DNA of 58,966 nt, filler included, from Sphacelaria rigidula (Eukaryota), in the NCBI GenBank assembly GCA_964200075.2. It is 9 parts of 9 records of this genome, joined end to end, with 100 filler letters (N's around TTAATTAATTAA, not from the genome) between each part and the next. Parts side by side here need not be neighbours in the genome. Positions count along the whole stretch, not along the records: positions 1 to 6,463 come from CAXNAA020019920.1; positions 6,564 to 13,026 come from CAXNAA020019921.1; positions 13,127 to 19,589 come from CAXNAA020019922.1; 6 more parts are not named here. One strand, 5' to 3'. Below, one piece after another: positions 1 to 13,199 of this stretch. The position numbers and the translations under genes are program-made. The stretch's first letter is position 1; each line of letters starts with the position of its first letter. The notes beneath the pieces are model-generated. The model had not been told where the DNA came from. It ran no database searches and saw only the letters and a list, made by a program, of their open reading frames with translations.

Positions 1-273
1 CATCTGACCATTGACCACGCATCCCTTTCGAGACGGAGCAAGGGGGGGATATTCGATTGCACGAGAAAAGAGGCTCAAACGTGTGTCAGACGACCTGCCA
101 CACTCGCGGTGCGCTTGTATTTGGTTCAAAACGGTGTCAATTGGTATGAATAAGCGTTATATATCAATAACAAGCTCGTTCGAGCAACCGTTGCTCCATC
201 CAACGACGATTTGACTTGGAATTTCGTGCAAGAAGTGACCCAAAATACCCCCACCCCGTATCGTAGGATGACT
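1..273. mobile_element. TIR element family A (GTCATCCTACGATA ends), one terminal fragment
   Basis: Ends ...CCCCGTATCGTAGGATGACT and is the reverse-complement match of ~22605-22835. Confidence 0.85.
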
Positions 274-439
274 CAACAATAATATTGTTTCCCAAGAACC
301 GTGCGTTCCATGCACTGCAATACGTGATACATAACGTCTGTGATATACGTTGTATACCACCCACGGCGAAAGATCCTCCCAAGCTCGACTGCCATACCAA
401 TAAGCACCCCCCCCCCCCCCCTCTTCGCCACCCGCCCCT

Positions 440-1195
440 CACGCGGGTTCCCCTGCCACTAGGCATTTTGTAGATGGTATACGAGGTAAACTATCAAGGA
501 CGAAAGCAAAAACAAGCTCGACGGCATTCACAAGCGAGTCTTCCCCATTTTTTGACCTCCTACGAAGACTTGCCTTGTCACTGCGCATACCGGAAGGGGT
601 GTACGTACGTGGTATACCACCTGGGCCGAAAGCAAACTCCAACCTCGACGACGTGCACAAGCAAGCCCTCGCCCTTCCCGCCCTCTTCCTATGCAGATTC
701 CCCTGCCAATAGGCATTCCGTAGGTGGTATACGTGGTATATTATCACGGACGAAAGCAGAAACGAGCTCGACGGCATTCATAAGCGAGCCATTCCTCTTT
801 TCCGCTCTCCTCTTACGCAGATGCCCCCTGCCTCTTTTCATGCCGTAAGGGATAGGCGTGGTATACCACCAAGGTAAAAAAGCAAATCCCAACCTTGGCT
901 GCATTCCCGAGCAAGCAATGTTTCGCCCTCCTCCTACCTATATCACAAGTAAGCCCTCGCCCTGTTCCGCCTTCCTCCTACGCAGATTCTTCATGCCACT
1001 GCGAATACAGTAGATGGCATGCGTGGTATGCCACCCAGGCCAAGAGCAAATTCTGAGCTCAACTACATTCCCCGGCAAGCCATTTTCCGCCCTCCTCCTA
1101 CGTAGATTCCCCTTGCCAATGTTGTGGGTAATATAGGTGTCGCCCATTGCAAAAAACAACTGCTAGACTCGACTGCGTCCACAAGCAAGCCTCCG
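440..1195. repeat. Degenerate ~120-130 bp tandem repeat with alternating (dimeric) units
   Basis: Recurring CCTCCTACG-AGATTCCCCTGCCA...GTGGTATACCAC...AAAGCAAA...CTCGAC...CAAGC motif at ~448, 568, 698, 822, 985 and 1105. Units 1 and 3 are more alike than adjacent units. Confidence 0.8.
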
Positions 1196-1449
1196 AAAAT
1201 GAGCCGGCTTGACTTTTTCTCCGAAACCTCACGTTTGGAAAAGTCCAAAAAATACGCACTGCAACGCAGCACTTCGGATAGGTGCCCTATGTGTACACCG
1301 TGGCGCTCTCAAGCGTTCGAGAGTCATCGTGTACCTTGCCAGTCCCGGAAATTTTGGAGATGTCCAAAAAACAGTGTCGATAGTAATGAGCCTAAACTAA
1401 CAGAATATTGAAACGGTGACGTTGAATCGTCACACGTTATATCGCCATT

Positions 1450-4150
1450 TCCCATAAATCGACATCCAAGCATCAAGATATAGACATTGCTGTCTTACAT
1501 CGCAACATTCCACGACTATCATCATTTTTTGTTCGAGTATCGTGAAAGACCTTGTTTGAATTGCCACCTTGCAATTCATTCAGTGCGGTACTCGGGTACC
1601 ACCAAGGGGTGTCTCTTGCTACCCCGAATTCTACACCTTGCTCCACATCGTACGGACTGTGTTGGTTCCACTATTATCGCAAATGACATTCTTACGGCTG
1701 GACTCCCTTCATGCCGCTCTTCACCTGCTTACTGACATAGCCCCGAAGTGTCCTCGGCTCGGCAAGGTGGATATCTCATTGGAGGCTACCATCATCCTCC
1801 CCCGCTGCCCCCGCTGTTTGCGTCCACTACGTGGTTTCACGGCGCCGAAGATTTCCCGAGGCGCGGGGGTCACTAGCTGTGATGTGGAAAGCCCAGGGGC
1901 ACATCGCGATAATACAGGCCACGTTTCTGAGATATTCGAGTTCAAAACATGACGTGGAGATCTTACTAGTAACCCAAAAATGATTGATCCATGCGATGCC
2001 ATACCGATTTGTCCTGCCATCTTGGCGCTGCTCGCCCTATAACAATCCTGGAGCGCTTGTACCGGTTATTGGCGAAGAAGGTTCCATCCGTTCTGGGATC
2101 CTACAATGTCTCAACTCAAGCACGGTACTTCGGTGGTCATTTCTAAAGAAGCATTCAACGAACCACCTCGTGTCTTCGACTGCTATTGCTCTCTCTAACC
2201 GTGAAAAATCGTGTCAGTACCTGAATCTTGTTCACTGACCATTTCACTCGCGACGCAGTCATGTACCCAGTCACAACTGGTCACTACGCTGCAGCCGGCG
2301 CAGCTGCAATTTTTGCCCTCGAAAACGTCTAGCGCTATTACTGTCTGAAACGGCTTACCTCCGACAATGTACATCAGGTTTGTACCGATATCTTCACCAC
2401 CCTGCACAAACTCATGGGCATCTGTAAGGTTTCCAGGAGCGCCTACTACCCTAGCGGTACTGGTGGTACTGGTGGTACTGGGAGAGTAAATCGACGGCGG
2501 TGAATAACCACCAAAATGACTGGGATCTACACCTTCCTCATGCGGTGTTGGCATACAACAGTTCGGTCAATGCAACCACTGGACGCTCTCCCAACAAACT
2601 CCACGTTAGACGTTTTCCTCGACACCCAGTCACCCTTTTCAATTGTCTTACGTTCGACGGGCAACAAGGCCTGGGTCAGACTCAGATATCCTGCAACGAG
2701 TTGGTGCGCTCTCGACAGCGCAAACCCTGCACACTTGTCCGTGAGTAGAATGCGTTCAACGATTCCCGCATCGCGAGAGTGAACGCCGCCCTCTACAGCA
2801 TCATTCACAAGCCCCCAACTTCGAAAGTTGGCGATTGGGCGTACTGTAGGTCTACAACGGCTTGGAGACTACACGCCAAGGAGCCAGCAAACGCTCACAA
2901 TGAGCGGTGCTCAAGGCCAAGCTGCCCCCTGATTGGATGTGACCATTCAAGATTCTTGTGGCCGGATCATCGCAGACCTCTCTTGATGCAAGACCAAGCT
3001 GTTCCCTGATCGGAAACGACCGCTGAAGATTCTTGTGGCCGAATCATCCCAGACTTCTCCTGATGAAATGACTTGTTGACAAACTCCCACGCTTGGACCT
3101 GCTGCGCGACCTTGAAGGCTCGGATGCTGAACCTCGTGTTTCGATGATTCGTTGCAAACCCTGTGTCAATCCCAACGACACCAGTGGCTTACCCAAATAT
3201 CCCCCCCGCTGGTGTCACACCATATGTGCTCAAGAGCTATTTCACGAAGTCGCAGCCCTACCACGTCACCGCTGACGGCGGCATCGAACAAGTAGTCCGC
3301 TTGGAAGTGTTCAGCCTCCCTGGTCATCAACTTGTTCGCGGGCGTGGTGGCAACGTTGTTCACGTGCACCGAGCTAATTGGTTGGCCTTTGCCACGCATC
3401 GTGGGAATCCGAGTCCGACCTCCGGCTCCAACCTCGTGCGACCCTCTTGCATCGGAAGGGTCCCCAACAACATCGTGCGTGAAACAAGAAGTGTAGCAAA
3501 TTGAGCCGTGGCGCTGAAACCCGAGAACAAGGCTACGATAAAGATTCACACTTCGTTCCCTCCAGCCACAACTTATTACCTCATGCATATATGGAAGAAA
3601 CTGTCAAAAGACGGCCGCCTTTCGGAAAGAGCCTATATATATATATGTATATATTACTCTGGCGTACTGACAACCTCTTGTGCTTCGTCGAGACCCTCGC
3701 TGTCGCTCTCATCGGCAAAATCACATACACCGTGCGCTTCATCAATGACCCCGTCCCGGTACAACTTGAACTCCATGCTTTACAGTACACCACTAGACCA
3801 GACACGCTCCACAGATCGTGGTGCTTACAACGCCTCAGTCTGTCGGCGTCCGCAGTAGTATGAAGCGGAACATCGACTGCGCTCACGATGTCAGTGATTA
3901 TTTCCCTTGATTCACAATTAACTGTAGCCCCCCCCCTAGTACAAAACCCCTGCCCCTTTCTTTGGGACTTGAGCGGGAGCAGTACCTCCTATATGACCCG
4001 GTTTTACGCGCGGAGACCGAAGATCGTCCTACGAGTACGCGTTCTGGACGTGGAGTGGAGCTTGGAACCTGCATCAACCTTGTCCTCAAGACTTTTTCTG
4101 AGCGGCCAGCGGAGCTTACTCATCTGATTCCATATACGCTTAGGCTACCA
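1450..4150 (+). mobile_element. Decayed Ty3/Gypsy pol remnant (integrase, GPY/F and chromodomain-like C-terminus)
   Basis: Frameshifted peptides: NNHQNDWDLHLPHAVLAYNSSVNATTGRSP (integrase core end, 2500), WM*PFKIL (GPY/F, ~2935), RVSMIRCKPCVNP..YVLKSYFTKSQPYHVT..RLEVFSLPGHQLVRGRGG (3093-3360). Many stops; no LTR pair seen. Confidence 0.85.
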
Positions 4151-5290
4151 TGATTCAAATGTCTTCTTTCTTTCCTTCGGCTCTTCTCTTCTTCATGATT
4201 TGCGCCTATGCATTTCGACGGACCCTTCGACTTCTTTTGTTTACATAATTTGGCATATACGCCCCCTGCGTGGAGACATAGCAGAATGCCGTCGATTTCC
4301 TCGACGATTTATGTTGGGATGTTCGCGTGATAGGTATACGTACAGTAAGTAACAAGTGTGCAAATTAGCGGCAATTAGCGGCACAACTTGTCTCGTTCCA
4401 GATTTTAGCAGTTACGTGGGAACGATCTATTAGTAACGAGCGACCTGACTGTGCGGAGAGGCTAGTACAAGGAACAGATGATGAAAGCAGCAAGATAAAC
4501 AGCTTGAGAATTGCAACGGCCGGATATAGGAGTGTCAGAGTAACGAAGTGCCAAGTATCTAGAGTATGCAGCATGAAGAGTTTGGGCGTACAGTTTCATA
4601 GTACGAAGAATCTATTGAAAAAGTTTACAGATTGGGATGGCCCTCAGCTACTAACTACCCTCCAACAGCACTCTCCAATAAGCTCTTGTAAGCTTCTTAT
4701 CAGCTCTCTGTGTGAAGAAGAGACGGAGTATTGTATTCTCTGTGTTGGCTACATAAACGCGTGTGAGAGCTATCAACTTGTTTCTTTTGCTGCACGGCAC
4801 AAGTGTGTTTCACCACCACCGTGTACCCTCTGCGAGTTCTTGTCACTTGTACAAGAACTGGGTTTCATTTGCCAGCAATGCCGATAAGTTCCTTGAACTG
4901 CGTCACTGTGTAGGCAGACGAGTTGAACCGTAGTTCCTGTCCATCGGACAGCTGAACACGCAATACTATAGTAAAATGGCCAGGTACTCTACGCCAGATA
5001 TTCTTGGTATCACGAGTGTTTTACTGTTTCCAGGAGATGAAGCGATGCCCCCCCGGTGTGGTGCACTCGTTGTCAGCGAGTTGAACCCTGGCTTCCACCG
5101 CTGGGATGTAGAGTCTTTGCCGACGGATTGAAGCAACAACTCTCCCGTGTGGTGTGGGGGGAAGGGCTGTAATTTTGAGTAATGCTACGGTAGGGGTGCG
5201 CAAATACTTTCTGAGGTTAGAATTATTAGGAACTCTTCAAATCATCCATAACAACACTTAGTCTCATGAAATAAGTGAGGGTATGCCATA

Positions 5291-5398
5291 CGGGTGGCCA
5301 CTGGGGTCCCTGCAACCTGAAATTTGGACGTTATACATACCTTGTGCAACGTCTGTAACGTCGAAATTTGAGGTTGCAGGCGCCCCAGTGGCCACCCG
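5291..5398. mobile_element. 108-bp palindromic MITE, Tc1/mariner-like
   Basis: CGGGTGGCCACTGGGG.CCCTGCAACCT.AAATTT.GACGTTA pairs with TAACGTCGAAATTTGAGGTTGCAGGCGCCCCAGTGGCCACCCG. Flanks are TA and TG (possible mutated TA TSD). Confidence 0.75.
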
Positions 5399-6463
5399 TG
5401 CAAGATTGCCATCCCAATGTGCTAGGAATATCCCGAATTAATTCGCAAACGGGGATGCCCTGATCCATATCTTCGTGCATCTACAATCGGCAGGAGCCTC
5501 TGAACCAGACAAGATTTTGCGCAAAACGTGCACCCCTACCGTAGCAGTGCTCCTTCCTTTGTCTCGTATGACTTTTCTTGATTATGTAAGGATATGCCAT
5601 GATTCCGCTGCATTAATAAGGTCAAACTGGCGCGACTCTTCATCATTACACGCAAGCGACTGCGATGTAACTGTGATATACTATAGGGGCTCGTCTGAGT
5701 GGGCTGGTAGCAGGAGGCTTGGCGGCGGTAATGACTTTTCCGCGTAGGCCTGCATACGTAGATCTGCAGACTACGATGTGGGCCTCTGTTTGCTATCAGA
5801 AGCCGTGGGAGTTGGTTCTGCCAGCCTAGAGTAAGTCGAAGAGGGGCACTTTCGTGCCTCGTGGCGGGGGTGCCACGATACAAACTCTACTGTGCAGCTG
5901 GTCACGGCCAGCAAAGCAGGTCCGTATACAAAAACAAACTCGTTGAAAGATACACACACTTCATTTTATTTTATATTTTCTCAGCACTGAAAAAGCCCAA
6001 AATCAGAAAACCAACACACAAAAATGCTCGACACCAAATGTGCTTAATCACCCTGGAAATCAATACTCAAAGCTCACACAACAAACTCACCAAGTGCTGA
6101 AACCCGTAAGACGACGGTGGAAGCAGGAGTAGGAAAATGGAGCAAGAAGCTGAAGTCGAGGGGAGCAAGGTGGAGTGAGGCAAGTGGGTTGCGTATCGAC
6201 CTCATCAAGCGCACCGAACATAACTTTCCACGACCGAAAATGCAACTAGCCGACGGACCTCAAACACATGATGGACCACACTCCAGTTGATCCACAGCCT
6301 CACATCTCAGCCTGATCCACAGTCCACATCTCTGGTTAGTAATCCACCACACAATCGCTTCCTCATACGTCGAATCATAGCCACACTCCTTCATGGTTTG
6401 ACATCCTTCCGACTTATCGGTTTCATCATGCCCTCATGTGAACAAAAATCCGAAATACCCTAC

Positions 6464-6563
6464 NNNNNNNNNNNNNNNNNNNNNNNNNNNNNNNNNNNNN
6501 NNNNNNNTTAATTAATTAANNNNNNNNNNNNNNNNNNNNNNNNNNNNNNNNNNNNNNNNNNNN
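6464..6563. other. Artificial contig spacer (44N-TTAATTAATTAA-44N), 1 of 8
   Basis: Identical 100-bp spacers at 6464, 13027, 19590, 26153, 32716, 39279, 45842 and 52405, with an exact 6563-bp period. TTAATTAATTAA puts stop codons in all six frames. Confidence 0.98.
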
Positions 6564-6647
6564 CCCGGCTTTGTAGGGATGCGAGGTCAATGGTCTTATG
6601 ACTATGGCAAGCATGATCATGAGTACACCCCCCCTATCGTAGGATGA
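6564..6647. mobile_element. TIR element family A, terminal fragment
   Basis: ...GCATGATCATGAGTACACCCCCCCTATCGTAGGATGA matches ~23046-23129. Confidence 0.85.
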
Positions 6648-8377
6648 ACCTGTTCACAACTGATGCCGCTGTTAAATACGCTATGATTTCGCACTCTGAC
6701 ACCGCTGAAATGGAATCATGCTATGCTGCTCTACACATACTCAAACTCGACAAGACCCGCTGGATTAAAAATCCTTTGCGCCTCCGCACATTGAGTTGCC
6801 ATAACACCATTGGGTTTCACGACATGCTACCATTTTATTTATTGTGATGCTGTTACAGGATGGCTGTGTATTGATTGTATACGGCCTGCACTATCTCCTC
6901 CTTAAAACCCCAACTGTGTACTCAGTCTAACGGTGCTGTAACGCTTTTGCTGTCTTTGGAGAAAAACTGTATCGAATCACCATCGAACATCGAATGTCAG
7001 ACTATGCCCGCGGAAGATACCCAGATAACCTCTGCCATGTACTTTTTGATTCGAGCATATATACTGCAAGGGCATGTGTTGTAGTGGTGATCGTGCTGCA
7101 TGAGTGAAACGTTCGACACGGGTATTTAACCAGTAGACGGGAGTTAATGAACTGCTCTCGCATGTGAAAGAAATGAAAAGGGGCCCCCGAGATATCATCT
7201 GCTAAAATTAATGATGGATAGAGCATGCTTTTGGGAACGAAGGCCACCGACTAACCGCACCTTGTACATGACCGTGTATGCAACTGATAGGGAATGACGT
7301 TGTTACGCTGTCGTCCGCTAATGCACGAAAATTGTTTGTGTCACCGTAATACCATACTGTCTGCATACATACTACCAGGCACGGTACTATGTAAGCCGAT
7401 TTGCCGTGAACGGAAATTGTGAGGCTTGAATGAACGAAACACGAGGTATTTACCCTACTCCTTGATCAGGGGGGGCAGGCCATTAATGCTCGGAATGCTT
7501 TATTGTCATGGATAATGGATGTAACCTCTACCTGGTTCCCCCTGTTTGATCGTTTGCGCCCTTGGTAGATATCTTCAAAGAGTATATACGAACCATGCAT
7601 GCGTAAAACAAATACATGGAGAGTTATGAGAAGTTGTTTCGATTCTAAGATATCAAACCCAACCATGTACTTCTAGCTTACATTTCGACTGTGGATACCT
7701 GGGTGGGTGTTTCCAGGTGCACTGCTAAACACACCATTATTTGATTAGTATTATCCGCAGCGGTGGATCACAGGACTGCATGAAGCCTGCAACAGTTGAT
7801 CGTCAACAATTATTGTTGGTGCCCGCCTGCCAATTTCTATGTAGCTAGACATGAGTGTGATAATCAACCTAAATCCACAACGATTGAGCGGCTATGAGTG
7901 AAGCCGCATGCTAATGTGTTTGCATGAGGCCACCAGGTGGATGCTCCGTCAGTTCCCGTTGACCGTCTATACTCGTGCACGCTCTGACAATCAATTCGAA
8001 GATGCCTGTCTACATGTGCGTGCTGCGACAACCAATTTGAAGATGCCCGTCTACCTGTGCGCGCTATGACCGTCCCCGGGGCAGGGCTGCATTCTTCTGG
8101 TCTTGAGAGTCCATGGGTTCCACACATTCCTCTGCCAAGATTTATACCGAAAATAATCTAATGAAGTTGTTGGCTTGTAATGAACGACCCGTGTGTTTAT
8201 CGTTGAGACTATGCAAGTTGCTGACATACAAGCCGGACATCGAATGGATGAACTAGAAAGTTGTATGAACCATATATATATATATATGTGTGTGTGTGCT
8301 TGCACCATGCAGCGAACAAGCAGGATTTGATTGCATACAGGAAAATGGGCTAGGACGAAGGCTCAAGATGTCAAGAC

Positions 8378-8590
8378 CATGCTTGTTCGAACAGATCGAC
8401 ATGGATCCAGGATTTCCCATGTGTTTTCGGACAGGTTGACAGGGAGCCAGGAGTTTCCCATGCGCGTTCGAACAGGTTGACAGGCATCCAGGGATTCCTA
8501 TGCTGTCCGAACAGGTTGACAGGGAGCCAGGACCTTTTCATGTGTGTTCGATCAGGTTGACACATGGAGCCAGAATTCCCTTGGGAGTCC
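8378..8590. repeat. ~42-bp minisatellite, ~5 copies
   Basis: Repeated TGTTCGAACAGGTTGACAGGGAGCCAGGA-TTCCCATG. Confidence 0.85.
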
Positions 8591-9399
8591 ATGAATGTAT
8601 ACATGGCTGTCCCCGACACGTGATACCCTGGCCAAATGCACACGCGTGAACCTGTTTTGTCCGGTTATATTGCTGTTCCCTTCGTTCTCCTTCCCCTATG
8701 TTGTTTTGTTCGCTATCGTTATACTGGTGAAGCGCTGCTACCCATGTTACTGGTTCCATCGTTTCTGCCAGACACCGCTCTTGTGACTCTTGAATCATGG
8801 AGATTGTAATACACTGCAATGAACCATCCATAACTCTTTTAATCGGTATTTTTACATCTATGTGGCACGTGCGTGCAGGTTTAACGTGTCGATTATCACA
8901 TATCTAACCCCAAATCGGTGAAAAATGAGTGGAAACCTCTTGAACCCTCGAGCCCAGCCCTTCTACCCGGCGGGATCCGTCTAACAGCCTCCCGTGCAAG
9001 CACCTTCCCATGCAGCAGCAGGTTGACGCACTCTCCCACGCGGCAGTAGGTTGCCGCACCTCCTCAACAGCATCAGTATTTTGTGCGTCCGCCATTGCAG
9101 CAGTTTTTCTGCGCCACGACATTAACAGCAATATTTTTGCGCCTTTGCAATAAAACACCGCTGAAGCGCCGCAAATGAATTTGCTTAGTGCTCCTGACCC
9201 ACGGTTTGCACAACCGATCTATTCTCCGTTTTTCTTCAGCGGATACTTCCAGTATCTGGGTATCCGTTGACATTGTTCATCCCAGAGCAGGCGCAATCAG
9301 CAGTGTACATATTCCATGCTCAGCTGCTGCCGCCGCTGCCGCCGACTCTGTAGCATCGATCTAGGGACTAGGATACACCTACCCCGGTGGGTACACATG

Positions 9400-12300
9400 C
9401 AACTTCGCTGTATGGATCATTTCACCCGTCCGGGGCTACCCCTGCTTCGAAGGCCATGTCAGCCGAGGCGAGTAGGAAAGATGCACAGCAACTGTGGGTA
9501 CAAGCTGAAGTTTGGCACCACAGCAGGAGTAGTCACCGCTCACCAGTAACGGTGTTACTGGGCACCGGGGCAGGGGGGGGGGGCTATGCATCGAAACAGT
9601 GGTGGAGGTTGTTGGTAACGTGGGATAATATAGCAAATAAGTTGCAACGGCAGGGAGAAGGAATTTTGGGGTCCGCTAACCCTAGTAACAGTAAGATACC
9701 TCCGATGAAGATTCTAGGGTCAACGGTAATTCCTATTCGTTTCCACACAGAGGATAAGTTAATAAAGGTATGGGTCCGGGTGGTCCATGGATTACCATGT
9801 GGATTTATTTCGGGAGCGAGTTTCTTCAAGAGAATCAAGAGCACGTTATCTTTCGAGGGGCAATCGAGATTTCGGCCTTTGCCGGAGGCGCCGTGAGTAC
9901 GGTTCGTGTCTAACAGTCCCCCAAAACTCGGAGCTGTTGACACCAACCACCTCACCAGCCAAGGAGATTCCGCAACTTTGGACCTCTCCCGTGCTGTCAA
10001 GCCAAGCGCGCTTGGTGACGACTCGACAGGAAGGTTGTCTGGTCGCAGCGAACTGGCAGCATTGAATGAGGTGTGGAGAAGCCTTGGAGTGGCGTGGGAA
10101 GACGATGCTACGCTGCAGTGGCTGCTGCATCCAACGAAAGACGTAAGCTCAGAACGTTTCGCGAGCAAGCTAGTCCCGAGCTATGTGCGATCGACGTTAG
10201 CATGGGCAGTCGCCTGCGTGACGGTTCGAAAGAAGGACGGACGGCAGTTTACGACTATGTCAAGATTATCGTGGACTGAACCAACTTCTGGAGTCATACA
10301 GCGGCAGCTGGAGGGATATGTAGGCCATGTATAGTGGGCTAGCAGAATCCAAGTACTCCAGGAGTGTTGATTTAGCGAATGGGTTTTTCTAGTTGGAGGT
10401 GGATGAAGTATTTTGGCAGCCAAATAGTTCGTAGAAGTGATACGTTGATGCGGACAGGAAGGCGTCGGATTGTGTTGGAGTAAATCAGATTGGAAAGGGA
10501 GTCAGGCTGGTACATACGAGTCCGGGGCGCGGTTCTTTCCACAACCTTGTGGAAGAAGTGCAACCACAAGAGTTGGTAGGGGATACAAGTCGGGTTGCAT
10601 CAATCGAATGGGTCGAGCGGGGGTCAGCATCAGCCAGCGTCGTCAAAATGTTGGTCAAGTCATTCCTCTCATCAACCTCTGTGACAACGCTGATCTTAGA
10701 GAGTGCTGCTGTGATGGTGCGCTCTTCTGGTGAGAACGAGCTCGTTGCTCCGTGTTGAGCGGAGCTGGGGGTCTCACTGAGCAGGCCTCAGTCTCAGCCG
10801 TGCAGGTGGGCGCATCGTATCGGAAGAGACTGACCTATGTGGTCGCCTTGAAAGCTGATCGTCGGAGGGAAGGACAACTGCGAGCGTGGAAGCAGCGAGT
10901 GGAAGCGTACACCGTTGCCTGCCCCACGTTGGGTCAGCGATTAGGGCGGACGGTATTCATTTTTCTGGTGCCGACAGGACAGGGCAAGGCGATTCACACT
11001 TCCGAGAATCCGATACCCAGATTATTTCGTTCTCAGCTGACGAAAGGGAAACCAAGGCGCGAGGAATCCAGACCCCATGGGGCGGACCCAGGTGGATAGG
11101 AAGAAGCAGTCGAGCTGAAAAGAGACGAGTTCGTGGAAGTTGCGACTACTCTCGACTGTTACGAGACACCACCCCGGTAAATCACGACGCCATGCCATAG
11201 ATTGTGGCTAATTTCGTTCACCGGTGATTGATAAAGGCAGTTCTATCAAGTGGAAGCGGCAAGTGTTTTTAGCTGACTCATATCCAGGGTGAGGATAAGG
11301 CTTTGAGCACGCTTGCTACGATGTGGGACGAAGCAGAGTTACCAGAGGCTCGGGGAGCCGCTGTAACTCGTTCGTCGATTCAAGAGGCAGAGCGGAAGTC
11401 AGGCCAGGACCCTGGTGGGGGGGAAGCTCCAACTGAGGAGCCACGGATAGCAGGTAAAGGTCGCCCTCAGACCGTTCTCGAGCAGGCGAGAGCGATTCTG
11501 ATGAACAAGCCGCGACTAGTTTTGCTGCAAGATACGGAGAGTGGTTGCATGGCGGTTTAACCGAGCTATGTAAGCAGTGGCTGGAATGGTGGGACGAGTA
11601 TGTTAATCCTGCTGTATGGGTTCATCATACCACTTCCGACCAGTCACTCCCGCACAACCCAACGCGATTAATGCTGTTTTTGAACGCGAATCTCGCATCC
11701 AAGTCGATTCTGTGTCACCTGAAGCAGAATTCCTACCATTGAATGACACGGTAGAGCAACAGCGACAACATTGAAGAACGTTCCTGAGTTGTTCACTCAA
11801 CGCCACCGGCGGAGGGAAGAAGTGAGATTAGCTAGAAATGCCGAGATGATTCGTCAGTCGGCAGGATCGCGAGCTAAGGTATAAGATATTATGCTAGTCA
11901 AGGAGTCTGACAGCTCCCTTCTGGACGAAGATGTATCGGCCAAATTAATACACGACTTGTGGACTGGGCCGGGGACGGTGCAGCAGGTGGTGATACCAGG
12001 TCTCAATCTTAAGGTCAAAATGCAGGTGCGTAAAGTACAAGAGCGAACGGTGTTCGCGGCCAACATGAATAAATTTCATGTGCGCCCAGAACAGCTGCAG
12101 CACTCATTTTCAGGCGAGGTCTTTTAGCTAGCTTGGGGGGCAGATTTAGGGTTGGCTGAGGACACCACGTCCACGCCTCTACTATATACTCAGACGGATA
12201 GGAAAGCAGTGCTGGGCCCAGGATCGTCGTGAGTGTGGGAACATCAACGGTTGTTTCACGACGGAGCTGAGCCACAATGGCTTTCACAGGACAGGATTTG

Positions 12301-12899
12301 GACAGTTTCACTGAGTTACAGTTGGATGTGTTTCATGCCTTGTGGGAATTATATCAACCGCAGACCAGGCCACGTCCACCTGATACACGATCTCGAGCAT
12401 AAAGGGGTTCAATTGCGCGGTAGATTTCCCGAGGTGCCAAGATCCGCAAATGGTTTACGAACAGTCCAGAGCGGTCAACAGGAACAAGATCTTCTCCGGG
12501 TTGGATGGGATCGTTTCTGTACGGCGTTGAAATTCCCTACGTGGTCTAACCCGGCAGAGCGGTCAACGAGATCAAGGACTTCTCAGGATTGGATGGGATC
12601 GTTTCTGTACGGTGTTGAAATTCCTTACGCGGTCTAGCTCGGCAGAGCGGTCAACGAGATTAAGGACTTCTCCGGACTGGATGGAATCGTTTCTGTATGG
12701 TGTTGAAATTCCCTACGCGGTCTAACCCGGCAGAGAGATCTGCAAGAGCAGGAGTTGCCGAGACTGTTCGAGATTGTTCTGAACGGTGTTTAAACTCTCT
12801 ACGTGGTCTAACCCGGTAGAACAGTTGCCAAGATTGACGGCGATCCATCGATGAACCACGTTCAGTCCCAGGGTTTTTAACCCTAGGCCTGAGCGGGGG
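9400..12899 (+). mobile_element. Decayed, internally deleted Ty3/Gypsy element (protease, partial RT, integrase)
   Basis: VLLGTGAG (protease DTG motif, mutated), WAVACVTVRKKDG and DLANGFF*LEV (RT N-terminal motifs), WDEYVNPAVWVHHT..SLPHNP (integrase), LWTGPGTV..NKFHVRP (GPY/F). Purine tract GAGCGGGGG at 12891-12899. Confidence 0.85.
12465..12830. repeat. 88-bp tandem repeat in the Gypsy 3' untranslated region
   Basis: CAGAGCGGTCAAC...GGATTGGATGGGATCGTTTCTGTACGG.GTTGAAATTCCCTACG.GGTCTAACCCGG starts at ~12467, 12555, 12643 and 12731. Confidence 0.9.
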
Positions 12900-13026
12900 T
12901 GTTATGGATCGCGGCGTAATGGTGGGAGGGTAGCACGAGGATGAGCCCAGCTATTCGACTGATGGGCTCGGAGGGCTCGTTGATGTGACCTACGGGTATT
13001 CCAACTAGAGGAGAGGGAGTGGTGTC
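12900..13026 (+). repeat. Probable 3' LTR start, truncated by the contig end
   Basis: TGTTATGG directly follows the purine tract. No second copy in the window. Confidence 0.55.
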
Positions 13027-13199
13027 NNNNNNNNNNNNNNNNNNNNNNNNNNNNNNNNNNNNNNNNNNNNTTAATTAATTAANNNNNNNNNNNNNNNNNN
13101 NNNNNNNNNNNNNNNNNNNNNNNNNNCATCGAGGCATGCCAGTTTTTTTTTTTTCGTGCGTGTCATTGGTGGACATTAGACGACGCCAAATCTCCACGT

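Noticed and set aside
4312..5256. Solo LTR (TGTTG...CAACA)
   Set aside because: Flanks TTTA/CTTA are an imperfect TSD, and there is no second copy, PBS or PPT in the window.
6508..6519. Periodic TTAATTAATTAA palindrome as a biological repeat or array
   Set aside because: Always centred in 44N+44N at an exact 6563-bp period, so it is an assembly linker.
8378..8590. 42-bp repeats (also 12465-12830 and 47400-49055) as CRISPR arrays
   Set aside because: Whole units repeat with degeneracy, there are no unique spacers or cas genes, and the context is eukaryotic.
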